Assembly (NCBI GenBank): GCA_030295235.1
Contig: AP026134.1
Span: 744,001-808,000, forward strand
Direction: 5' to 3'
Origin: Fistulifera solaris
Lineage: Eukaryota
DNA length: 64,000 nt
Every line of letters starts with the position of its first letter. The stretch's first letter is position 1. Positions 24,290 through 35,781 of this stretch are shown here, piece by piece. The notes under the pieces were generated by a model, which did no database searches, had not been told where the DNA came from, and saw nothing but the letters and a program-made list of their open reading frames with translations. Both the position numbers and the translations under genes were made by a program.

Positions 24290-25756
24290 TTAGCTTAAAG
24301 GCATATCTAGATTCTTCATCCCGTTTCTTTTACGTCGTGTTGCTTTCAATGCTTCTTCAAAGTTGTAAGGTAAGCATACTTGCTTCCACCCTGCTGGTCG
24401 TGGAACACATCCTTCGCCTCCGCGTTCTTGTACTTTCTTGCCGTAAACCTCCCACGCGTCGTATCCGCTTTTCGGCATACGAAGATACTCATAGCGTTGT
24501 CGGATCTCTGCAAGAGCAAAGTCTGTGTCGCCATTACAACACCAATCAGAATAAGAAGAATAGCAGCGCATATCGGTTGCCGCAGCATTTATCTCACAAA
24601 ACGGATGTGATACAGCATGATGCTCTCGAGCCATGACAAGAGATAGGGGCATGGATTGCGTAAAGCTACTGGGCCGAGCCGCAATTACAACATCCGCATG
24701 ACTAAGCAGTATCATATCCATGAGGGTTGATTCCCAGCTACGCCAGCATTTAAACCCTGATCCCAGAACTTGTCCCCTTGCTCCAAACAAAACACCATCC
24801 CCTTTTGCGGGACGCACTTGATTCACATACAAGATTGAAACACCATGGGGACCGACCAAAGCCTCCATCTCCTTTATGATGTCGGCTGTATCTGTCGCAA
24901 CGAAAAGCTGAATGGGTGTCCTTTTCCATTCTGACCGTGACAATATCAGCTCCACCAATCGTCTCAACCAACTCGATGGATCTTTTATCGCACGTCCTCG
25001 GTTCTGAAAATCACCAGTCTCCCCATTTCCCGCTCGAATATGAATACCGATAGTAGTGACATTGGGATGAAAATGCTCTTTTCGATAGTCTTCTACTACC
25101 TGACGACCACGAAACCGATCTCTGTGTTGACGATAAAAATGGACGTCAGAATCGATCTTATCCTGCACGCATGGACATTCGCTAGTTGACGATGAGTTTC
25201 GTTGAAACTTGATCATGCCATCGACTTCATTGTTCATCCGAACAAAATGATTCCAATGCTGCACGTGCGTCAACTCCGACGGCGGCTGCGGCCCGAACAA
25301 ATAATGATAAACCTCCACTGCATCGCAATATCCCCAGAAACTTCGCAAAGCAAATCCCAGTTTCGAAGCTGCATAAAATGCGTCAGATAACTTTGATAAA
25401 CGGTGTCCTAGTCCGCAACAAGCGTTGTAATCGACAGAGGATAGGTTGTAAATGTCGCCAATCGACAGTAGGGATTGTTGCGTTGTTTCTCTTTTCGATG
25501 AATCCTTGACAAAGATTTCTTTCGATAGCATTTGCGTTGTTTCTCTTTTCGATGAATCCGTGGTAAAGATTTCTTTCGATAGCATTGACGTTTTTGACGT
25601 TTTCGGAAACTCTTGTATGATTTTTATGGAATAATAAACATATGCTGTAAAGTAGAAGATTGGAAGAAAAAGAATCGTCCCAGCCAAGAGGAGGAAACGC
25701 AATGACCGTTTCGGCGACTTTGTGCGGTGATTCAAAATTATGCTTTTGATCGCCAT
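24290..25756 (-). CDS. type II membrane glycosyltransferase, fucosyltransferase-like (NodZ/GT23/O-FucT fold)
   Basis: N-terminal TM; GLGHRL, IGIHIRAGNGE, LFVATD and DMILLSHADVVI..SSF motifs; 54-bp tandem duplication in the stem (~25478-25586). Confidence 0.65.
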   Translation of the reverse strand: MAIKSIILNHRTKSPKRSLRFLLLAGTILFLPIFYFTAYVYYSIKIIQEFPKTSKTSMLSKEIFTTDSSKRETTQMLSKEIFVKDSSKRETTQQSLLSIGDIYNLSSVDYNACCGLGHRLSKLSDAFYAASKLGFALRSFWGYCDAVEVYHYLFGPQPPSELTHVQHWNHFVRMNNEVDGMIKFQRNSSSTSECPCVQDKIDSDVHFYRQHRDRFRGRQVVEDYRKEHFHPNVTTIGIHIRAGNGETGDFQNRGRAIKDPSSWLRRLVELILSRSEWKRTPIQLFVATDTADIIKEMEALVGPHGVSILYVNQVRPAKGDGVLFGARGQVLGSGFKCWRSWESTLMDMILLSHADVVIAARPSSFTQSMPLSLVMAREHHAVSHPFCEINAAATDMRCYSSYSDWCCNGDTDFALAEIRQRYEYLRMPKSGYDAWEVYGKKVQERGGEGCVPRPAGWKQVCLPYNFEEALKATRRKRNGMKNLDMPLS

Positions 25757-26204
25757 TGTGCCTACGTAGACCTACAGGCGATCAGCGGTGACAGACAACG
25801 GTTTAATGGCGGGTGTCAGATACGAAGCAACTCTTTATTTCGTTGCAACAGGGTGTACATAAGGACTAATGAGGAGGCTTTTCCTTTGGCGGCTTCGATA
25901 ATTTACTTTCAGAGGACGCCCAACATCTGAGACCGGTACTCAAATTTCACTTTAGATATCTATGTAAGTGTTTTTGCGACATTAGAGACGGATCGGAAAT
26001 TGGAAAACGACACACCCCTTAAAGGAGTACAAGTATATATACCCAGTCTTTAAGTAAAATTAATCGTTACATAGTCACACCTGGTATGTACGCCTCGATC
26101 GCACGCATTATTTGTTCCAGCTCACTGACATCGATCACAACGATGGTGACTATTGCGATGACATACAATGAAATTAGTTACAGACAACAGACAAGAATTA
26201 GAAC

Positions 26205-27241
26205 ATGCACCGAACGCTCCTGAGAGCATCCTCGCCCGTCGTTGTGACGCTCTTATCGCCAAATCCGACTCTCTCACACAGTTTCAAGAACTGGTTACTG
26301 AGCAACACGGGGAGGACAGATATTTCGGAAGAATGCCACAACACTGTCAGTTCAAGCATTAAAGATGACGATCTCGATCGCTGGGGTGCAGCCGCATGGA
26401 GTTCATTAGCGATTGATGTGTCTGGTGACGACGAAAGACCACCAACTCTGTTGCACCTCTTATCTCCTCTGAATGCATCAGCAACAACGCAAGGCTCACT
26501 CTCCTTGCTTTCGATACAACATGTTTCTTCTGTAGAAGAATCTCGTTCTCAACTAGCGGCTGCATTTTCCGAGAAAGGATCGCCTTTTTGATTCGGTTAC
26601 GGAGACTCTTGAATAGACCCATTCTTCCTTCTCACTTGTTAGATCAGACACTATTTCAATGGGACGAACAATACACGACCGGTGAAGTGACCGCGTCCCA
26701 GCAATTACACGTCTCTCTGTCTCCTAAGAAACCGCTACTCAAAGAAATTGCTTTGCCCGTGGACAATATCACTTTACAATTACCATCCAGTGGAGTCACC
26801 GGTGTTTTGCAATGTTCTCCGAAACTCGCAATTCGTCCCTTACCCCGCGCAATGCACGATCGTTTCCTCACTGTCCCTACTCTTGTATTTCATCAGTCAG
26901 CGGACATAAAGCCCACTGCAGATTGGCATCCCATCGGAGTAACCAGTTCACGGAAAGGACAATACATGCAATACAAAAATGGAATCGATGTCCGTCTGTG
27001 TCCCTCGACGATTCGTGAAAGCATGTTTTGTGAAGCTCAAGAGTCCATGTTGGCCGGATCTCTCCAAGAACTTCAATCCACACGCGTTTTAGAAAGCAAG
27101 TCCTCCGATGACGATCCGCGAATGAACAAAATGGATTGCTGGGTGGAAGTTAGGGCAAACTTGAAACGGCCATCGGGCTACTTTCAGCAGAGCAAGACGA
27201 CGACGCGTTTCGCCAAAGCACCGGATATTCCTTATGAATAG
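26205..27241 (+). CDS. hypothetical protein (two ORFs joined by an indel at ~26590)
   Basis: Abutting ORFs 26205-26591 and 26588-27241 meet at a T homopolymer; no family recognised. Confidence 0.5.
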
Positions 27242-27469
27242 AATGTAAGGAAGCATCCAAACGCATCTCAATGATAATACTAAAAAGATGTGTAGGAGTG
27301 CGAAAGTAGCAGGGTTGTTTTTTGTAATTCGTAGCTGGTTGGACATTATCCGGGACTTTTTAATTGAGTTGATTCAACAACAGGTTGACAGGTTCCTATG
27401 CTCCCTTCTGTATATATAAGGTTAGGATTAAATAGACCAAGACCCAAGACATGAATAGAATCCGTGCCG

Positions 27470-27482
27470 AGCGCGTGCTTGA
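27470..27482 (+). promoter_or_regulatory. conserved upstream motif AGCGCGTGCTTGA (FRE copy 1)
   Basis: Identical 13-mer at -160 of copy 1 and -165 of copy 2 in promoters that otherwise do not visibly align. Confidence 0.5.
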
Positions 27483-27629
27483 TGCTTGATCTTGATCGAC
27501 AATCATGAGAGTGTGACAATTATATGTTTCTGCGTCTCTTCGAAAATCAAAGAAAACCGTGAGAATAGCCATGGGAAATATCATGGGCTATTTTCCTCAT
27601 TATTCGTTGTCCTTCTTGCATAGAATAGG

Positions 27630-30217
27630 ATGATGCAATGGGAATGGGACATGGCGAAAGGCCGATTGATTCCTTACTGGATAACCGTTTTGAGCTGTTT
27701 GTTTATCGTTTCATTCTGGTGTGCCTTTTCGAATGATCCTTTTTACAAGCTGTTCTACAAAGCCATCTTTCATCCGGTATGTTGTCTGCAGGACCTTTCA
27801 ACGATGGTTAAGCCCATATTCTGACTTTATCACTATTGATTCTGCGATTCGCCAGTTGACGAAACATATGCACAATTATGACCAAGTCGATGAATGGTCC
27901 GACGTATTCATTGGAATTATTGCACCCGTTGCTTTCGCAAGTTGCGCGTGCTCTTTGTTGTTGACGACACATCGCTTACCGACATGGCGATGCAGCTGGT
28001 TACAAAGAATCGCGGCTGCACTTCGTCGTCATCCCTCGACGAGAGAAAAAAATAATGACATCACTATGATAAATACACCGACATCGATGACACAACAATT
28101 CAAAGCAAACTTCTGGTTCTTTGTATCGAGTCTGCGTCTCCCTTTTCGAAGCATGTCATCGGATGCTTTGTACGGATACGAGCTAGCGAGTAAAAAGGTC
28201 AATCAGTTTGGCCGTGGCGAACCAGATTTCAATATGCTTTCGTTTGCGTGCATCTTTCTTCCCATCACGATTGGCTTACTCGCGTACATGCCCGTCAGTA
28301 TCGCTTTGGCCGATGGGAAGGCTGTCATGTTTGAGATGAGTGTTGCGAAACTGCGCTTTGAGGCAATCTCGTACCTCTATGGTTATGGCTCAATTGTGTG
28401 CCTTTCCTTCTTCCCTGATCCCGGTCACTCGACATAGTGTGCTTCTGGCGGCCATGGGTTGGAGCCCCATTCACGCACTACGAATTCACATTTGGTTTGG
28501 ATACATGTCCTTTGTTTTCATGTTCATTCACGGTATCCTTCTTGTCCCCGTATGGTTCTTCTACGATCCGTATCCTGTCTATCGACAATTTATTCCGGAC
28601 TCCAGGTGCTGGACCTTGACTTGGACCCAGAACACAGAAAACGACATACAACCGTCATGTAGCCATGTTTACGCCAATTTGTCGGGACTTGTCGCCGCTA
28701 ACTTTTATCTCGCGCTCTGGGGGTCGAGTCTCAATTGGGTCCGTCGAAGAAACTATCGCCTCTTCTACATCTTGCATGTTTCGTTAGGAACATTGGCCCT
28801 ACTGGGTATTACCTTGCATATGTATTGGTTTGTTATCTACTTCATTCCCAGCATCACGTACTACCTTGCCTCAACCACGCCAACAGTGGTACAGGCAATG
28901 GCCAGTCGCTTTCGGGGAGGAGTCAAGATTCGTAAGGTTGTGCTTGTCGAAGACAGCGGCGGCTGCGTCGAAGTCCAGATGGAGGCTCACCGGACGGCGC
29001 ATGCTGTGCTAGATCGCGAACCCTGCCAATACATCAAGCTTTGCGTCCCCAAGATATCGCTCATCTGGCACCCCTTTGACGTCTTCAAGAGCTACTCGGT
29101 CGATGGCACACCCGACGACACAGTTCGCTTTTTGTTTCGCCCCGTTGGCCCGTTCACCAAGGAGCTCGCAAAGCGCTTGACTTCTGACGTCGAGCGCCCC
29201 GTGACGCTAGTGGACGGATTCTACCTCGGTGCCGACAAGAGCGAGCTTGCGCTGCAGCACGACTGCGTCACTATGGTTGCTGGTGGTGTTGCTCTTTCTC
29301 CGTATTTAACTCTCATCCCTGCGTTGCTAAACCGCATTTCATTGGCGGAGAGTGTTGGTGATAGCGTCAAAACCAAAACCATCGTGCTCCACTGGGTCGT
29401 TCGTGAACCGGGACTTTGTCGTTATTACGTCGACAAGTATGTCAAAAGAATCTTGAAGCGTGCGAGAACTCTGAATTTAGAGTCCACACTTGCCATTTAT
29501 GTTTACCTCACGGGAAGCGAAAAAGCTTTGGGCGATTTGCCTGTAATTGCCGCTGCATTAGAGCCGAGCATATCTATAAGGGGTCCTTCTGTTACAAATG
29601 AGCTCATCGAACCTCGAGAGAAGGTCGGCACTGGCAACAAAGAATCACCAGGTCACCCTCTCGAGCTGCCTCGAATGCTTCCACGACGCTTCGCGGAGTA
29701 TCGATGGAACATTCCATACTTTATCTTTTATACAGTGGTAACTGTTATCGGCTTTGGATATTTATTTGACCGAACCCCAAAAAACGTCATGAACTATTAT
29801 GAGCTTTCTGAAATGACATGGACTTTCCTTTATGCTGTTTTCATGTACGGCGGGTTCAGCGTCATCGCCGAGACATGTGTTCTTTGTTTGCGCAATTTCT
29901 GGCCGCAGCCAGTGCCGGACGTGTTTGAAGTTGTTGCCACCGGCAAAAAGTTGACGGAGCTGAGCGATTCGGACGACGTGGATGCAACTATCATAGAAAG
30001 CGGGAATCCTCCGAATGAAGACGAGACCATTGTCTACCGCCAGGGACGTCCCACAAGCGATCAAATTTTTAAAGACGCTCGCAGTGCTGCCGAGCCTGGT
30101 ATCTTCATGTGCGGTCCTAGTGCCTTAACTCAGATGGTCAAGGCGGAAGCGTCGAAAGAAAACTCCTATTTGGGACTCACCCGGTATTGCTTGTACGACG
30201 AGCCGTACGAGATGTGA
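27630..30217 (+). CDS. FRE: ferric reductase (FRE/FRO family), copy 1
   Basis: Intron 27777-27855. Heme His pairs (HIWFG..FIHG; FYILH..LHMY), FAD motif WHPF, NADPH motifs VAGGVALSP and FMCGP, C-terminal EPYEM; indel at ~28414. Confidence 0.92.
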
Positions 30218-31291
30218 CGCTGCACTACCGATGCATGCTTCGGTAAAGCGGACTTGCAGGTCTCTTTAAGTATTGTTGGCGTATTTGCAGTACCTTTTGT
30301 TGTTGTATATTGTACATAACATAAGAACAACGGGTCATTGTTAGGACGCTGAAAAAGATGCACTTTTGTTTCGTGCCCTGCGGTTGTAGAGAGCGACTCT
30401 TGTTGAGTACCAGTTGATAATGACACGACGATCCTTCCTGTTTATGATCTCGTTTTTTTAGAATTTTTCCATGTCTATTCTGGGGCGATGCTATAATATC
30501 TGTGGTTAATTGCCAAGTTACTCAAATGAGCAGTCGAACACTCAATAAAGCGTTGCCGAGAAAGCTATATCCAGTTGGCCCGCGATTCGTCTTCGGGTGA
30601 CTTTAAAGGAGCAAGTTTGATGGCAAACCGAATAGACGAAGCACGTACTAGACAACGACATGGAGATCCATGGACCATAAAGACTGTAATCTGTAATTAC
30701 ATCGTCACAGATTTCTGACCTCACTGGACGCCATTGTGCCCAGAACTACATCAACAGTATCCTAAAGCGCGCGAAAGCTCTGTTTCATTTCCCCTCTTCG
30801 TTTTGTAGTATAAATTCACTTTTCTATCATTCGTATGTTGAGACCATTTGTCGTGTGTGCACACATTCTTTCACCTTGGTTGATTTGTCGCCTAAATTAT
30901 GCCTATGAAACTCGGTCATTATGAAATTTGACAGTTGCATCGTCGCACCCGTCCAGGCAAAAGGAAACGAGCACAGCTGATTATAAGCAAACTGTTGCGC
31001 TATTGACAGGCCCTTGGATGATTTCAACGTGATCACAATTGGAAACTAGATGAGTCTTCATTATCCGTGTTTTTTAGTTCCTGTTGACGAAGCTTATTAA
31101 ATTTTTCTCCATTCCCGCCGCATCCTGCTTCCACTTCCTACATCAAAGGATCAGCTTTACTTGTTAGTTTATTTATTCAAAAGAATAAAAGCGTTGTTTG
31201 ACTTGGTAAACTGCACGGACGCACATTTGCGTTGTAAATTTATTGCGGTCGACGATCGCGAGCGCGAGAGAGCGAGACTGCGGTTCAAGGT

Positions 31292-31323
31292 CCGGTACCC
31301 GGTACCGGTACCGGTACCGGTAC
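31292..31323. repeat. (GGTACC)n palindromic microsatellite
   Basis: ccggtacccggtaccggtaccggtaccggtac. Confidence 0.85.
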
Positions 31324-32356
31324 TGTAGGTTACCAGATTGCAAAAACCCGGTCGAATTGTGTACCGGTAGGATACCACTTTTAGAAGAAAAACATCTTCG
31401 CCTGTTTACTTTTTGCACCCTTTTGCACGCGTACCTCCGGGTCCGCTACAGATACCAACGAACGACAAAAGACAAAAGAAGCAACCTGCGAACAACAACA
31501 ACACTTGTTGAGAAACGTCGCGCAACCTTGAAATTCATTACTCCGTAATACGGAACATAAAAGCTAATAGGTCTTGGCAATAGTGAACTAGCGACGAGTA
31601 ACAGATAATTTAAGGTTTGAGGCTCGTGATTTCGGGGAAAGCTGTGGGAGTGAAAGCCGAGCCTCGACCTCTGATCATAGATCCCAGACATTTGGCTTTA
31701 TTGTGCTGGATGCTGGAGCATGCACAGCACAAGCCGCAAGCCGTCGTATGTCGTATATCCTACAAGTACAAAAGTAAGGACATCCTTATACAAGAACACT
31801 GAAGAATGGAGCTGGAGAGGTACCATTTAAGTATCCCAACGTGAGACGTAAGCATGCTACATGCTACCGTGAGCCGAAAATCAATCTCCTTGTACTTCAG
31901 ACTCCAGACCGTCACCCATAACCCATTACCATCTCCCATTCACCCATTTTTAGAAGCGAAAGCAAACACTGGATGAAAATGTGAGACCATAATGTTCCAG
32001 TGGGAAGCTAGTGAGGCGAAACGAAATGTTGGTTTTAAGCCCAAATTCTATCATTAACATAGCACTCGCACACTTGTAACTTGTACGCTTGTAGGTTGTA
32101 AGTCATGAATGATAATACTCCGAGACCGACACTCGACTTAGATTATAAGCTAAAAGCGAACAATGTACGGAGAACGGTGGCGATTAGTAATCATGATGAA
32201 TTATTACTGATCACTACAAACTACAAGGACTCTCTAAAACAGAAGCATCATGGTTTTGGTACACAAGAAACAAGAACTGTTACAAATTTGGTACAATGAA
32301 ATATAACTTATACGGAGTATCTCTTTGGTTTGGTGTCAACACGTGGCCCCATGCTA

Positions 32357-32369
32357 AGCGCGTGCTTGA
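32357..32369 (+). promoter_or_regulatory. conserved upstream motif AGCGCGTGCTTGA (FRE copy 2)
   Basis: Same 13-mer as 27470-27482; an ACACGTGG E-box-like site lies just upstream (~32339-32346). Confidence 0.5.
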
Positions 32370-32521
32370 CAAATGACAAGGTGGATACCTTGGTAACTTG
32401 ACACTCTTTGAAACCAACAAATGTGATGGCTTGAGATGATTTACCGGCTTGTTCAACCTGCTATCAAAATACCCCATAAAAATTGATGGCTCAGAATTGA
32501 AATATTGTTGCTCAAATCATC

Positions 32522-35123
32522 ATGTTCGATTTAGACGTTGCCATGGGCCGATTGATCCCGTATTGGATTTCGGTCTTCACAACGCTCTTTATCATCAGCT
32601 TTTTGTACGCTTGGACGAACGACCCTGGTTATCTTGCTTTTGAAAAGGCTATCTTTAAACCGGTACGTAACCAGTTCTCAATTGGTTCCGGCAATCCTCC
32701 CCTGTAGCTCTCACTGTTCGTGCTGATGAACTTTCATAATCTATCAGTTAACCAAAGGAATGGATCACGACGTTGAGGATTGGGCCTCGAATTTGATTGG
32801 ATTCATAGCACCACTTCTTCTTGCGAGCTGCCTTTGCGCATTGTTTTTGTCTAATCATCGATTGCCTACCTGGAGATGCAGCTGGTTCAACAAGATCGCA
32901 GCGGCGATTCGCCGTCCTCCAACTAGAAAAGAAGGTGACAACATAATGAATGCACATGTGCTGCAAAAACTTCAAGCCGGCTTTTGGTTCTTCGTGTCAA
33001 GCCTTCGTCTCCCCTTTGTCAACATGACATCAGAGGCTGAGTACGGCCACGACCTAGCAAGCAAGAAAGTCAATCAGTTCGGCCGGGGTGAGCCGAACTT
33101 CAATGCCATTTCTATCTGGCTCGTCTTTCTACCCATGGTCATTGGTGTAGTAGCATACTTACCCATCAGCTTCAAATGGGCCGATGAAGTTGCTATTACG
33201 GAGGGAACAAGCAGGACAAAAGAGCGGATGATATCAGCCTCGTACCTCTCTGGATGGGGGTCGTTTATGTGCCTGGCCTTCTTTCTCATTCCGGTCACCC
33301 GTCATAGTGTGCTTCTTGCAGCAATGGGATGGAGCCCGATCCACGCTCTACGAATGCACATCTGGTTTGGATACCTGTCGTACACCTTCATGTTCATCCA
33401 CGGTATGTTGCTTGTCCCTGTTTGGTACATGTACGAGCCGTATGCAGTGTACAAGCAAGTTATTCCGGATTCCAGGTGCTGGAGCTGGACTTGGACCGCA
33501 GAAACCGAGACGGCAATTGAACCGACCTGCCGCCATGTCCACGCCAACTTGTCTGGTGTCGTCGCCGCAGTTTTTTTCACAGTACTCTGGGGTTCAAGTC
33601 TCAACTGGGTCCGTCGAAAGAATTACCGTCTCTTCTACATTTTCCACATCATTTTCGGGATTTTAACCATTCTAGGCTCCATCTTGCACATGTACTGGTT
33701 TGTTCTTTATCTGATCCCGAGCATCACGTACTACCTTGCCTCAACCACGCCAACAGTGGTACAGGCAATAGCCAGTCGCTTTCGGGGAGGAGTCAAGATT
33801 CGTAAGGTTGTGCTTGTCGAAGACAGCGGCGGCTGCGTCGAAGTCCAGATGGAGGCTCACCGGACGGCGCATGCTGTGCTAGATCGCGAACCCTGCCAAT
33901 ACATCAAGCTTTGCGTCCCCAAGATATCGCTCATCTGGCACCCCTTTGACGTCTTCAAGAGCTACTCGGTCGATGGCACACCCGACGACACAGTTCGCTT
34001 TTTGTTTCGCCCCGTTGGCCCGTTCACCAAGGAGCTCGCAAAGCGCTTGACTTCTGACGTCGAGCGCCCCGTGACGCTAGTGGACGGATTCTACCTCGGT
34101 GCCGACAAGAGCGAGCTTGCGCTGCAGCACGACTGCGTCACTATGGTTGCTGGTGGTGTTGCTCTTTCTCCGTATTTAACTCTCATCCCTGCGTTGCTAA
34201 ACCGCATTTCATTGGCGGAGAGTGTTGGTGATAACGTCAAAACCAAAACCATCGTGCTCCACTGGGTCGTTCGTGAACCGGGACTTTGTCGTTATTACGT
34301 TGACAAGTATGTCAACAGTATCTTGAAGCGTGCGAGAGCTCTGAATTTAGAGTCCACACTTGCCATTTATGTTTACCTCACAGGAGGCGAGAAAGCTGTT
34401 GTTGATTTATCTGAAAGAACGACGAAGGCAGCTTTGAGCAGTCTAACCATTGCGGATCCCTCACATGATGATACCGCCGAGGCTGGCAGCGGTAGCTCTG
34501 ATCAAGATAAGTCTTCCAACGACGGTAAAGGTCACAATGAGATTGTCAACTGCAAATCATCTGGTCACCCTCTCGAGCTGGCTCGAATGCTTCCCCGTCG
34601 TTATTCGATTGCTTTGTGGAACTTCCCTTTCTTTCTCCTATTCACAGTATCAGTCTTTGCAGGCTTTCAACTTTTATGGGATCAGAATCCACATGATCCC
34701 ATGAATTATTACGACCTTTCCAAGATGACCTGGCTTGTGCTGTACCTCATCCCCATTTACTTTGGATTCGGTATCTTGTCCGAAGCATGTGTTCTTGGTC
34801 TACGCAAGTACTGGCCTCAACCAACACCGGATGACTTTGAAATTGTCGCAGCGGGAGGCAAGATGAAGGAGCTGAATGATCCGGACGACGGTGACATCAA
34901 CGAAGACGGAAATCTTCCGAGTGCTAACGTGACTATTGTTTACCGCCAAGGCCGTCCCAACGCCGATCAGGTTTTTGAAGATGCTCGCATGGCTGCCGAA
35001 CCTGGTATCTTCATGTGCGGTCCCTCTGCATTGACTCACATGGTCAAGGCGGAAGCATCGAAGGAAAACTCGTACTTGGGTCTCACCCGCTATTGCTTGT
35101 ACGATGAGCCGTACGAGATGTGA
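32522..35123 (+). CDS. FRE: ferric reductase (FRE/FRO family), copy 2
   Basis: Intron 32663-32747 at the same position as in copy 1; same heme, FAD and NADPH motifs; long intact exon 2. Confidence 0.93.
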
Positions 35124-35781
35124 TTGTCTTTATTTTAATCGGTGGCGCTGGGGCAGAAAATCTCTCTCAATGCAAACGCAGTTCCAGGGACAACATTTAT
35201 TGCATATTCTTAAGCAATATATTTGTGTCATTCTCTTTCTTTTGTGCTTGTTTTTCCGACCGTTCGATTATCGTGTTGGGGCCCGTTTGTGTTTGTGGTT
35301 GTTTGTTATATTCTGTGCACCGAATCATTGTCTATGAAGTCTTGATTTTCGGATCCTTGCTTCTTCCTTCACTATCAGTTTTTGATTCAATCAATCACTC
35401 TGATCGTCACTGGGATACATCCGTTAATAAATCATTACATTACAGGCAAAGGAGTATGTGTAACATATACTACGTACTCCTTTGTTGCAGGGTGCAGTAT
35501 TTTATCAAAATGAATGGAGGGCATGCGCAATAAAACTAAATTAGTGGAGTGATCCGTGATCCTTTTCCCGTTGGCGAATAAATACTCTTTTAGAGATACA
35601 ACAATTTTTCATTCGCGAACCATTGCTTAAGTTTCATTTCCGTTCAAATAAAAATTGCGGTTATAAGCGTTAGTTTTGTATCCGCTCGCAGTCAAAATGA
35701 AAAATCCTGCGTATTTTAACTTGCTGCATCAATCCAGTCGCTCTTTGAGAAACTTACAAACAATCAAATTCAATAAAAACA

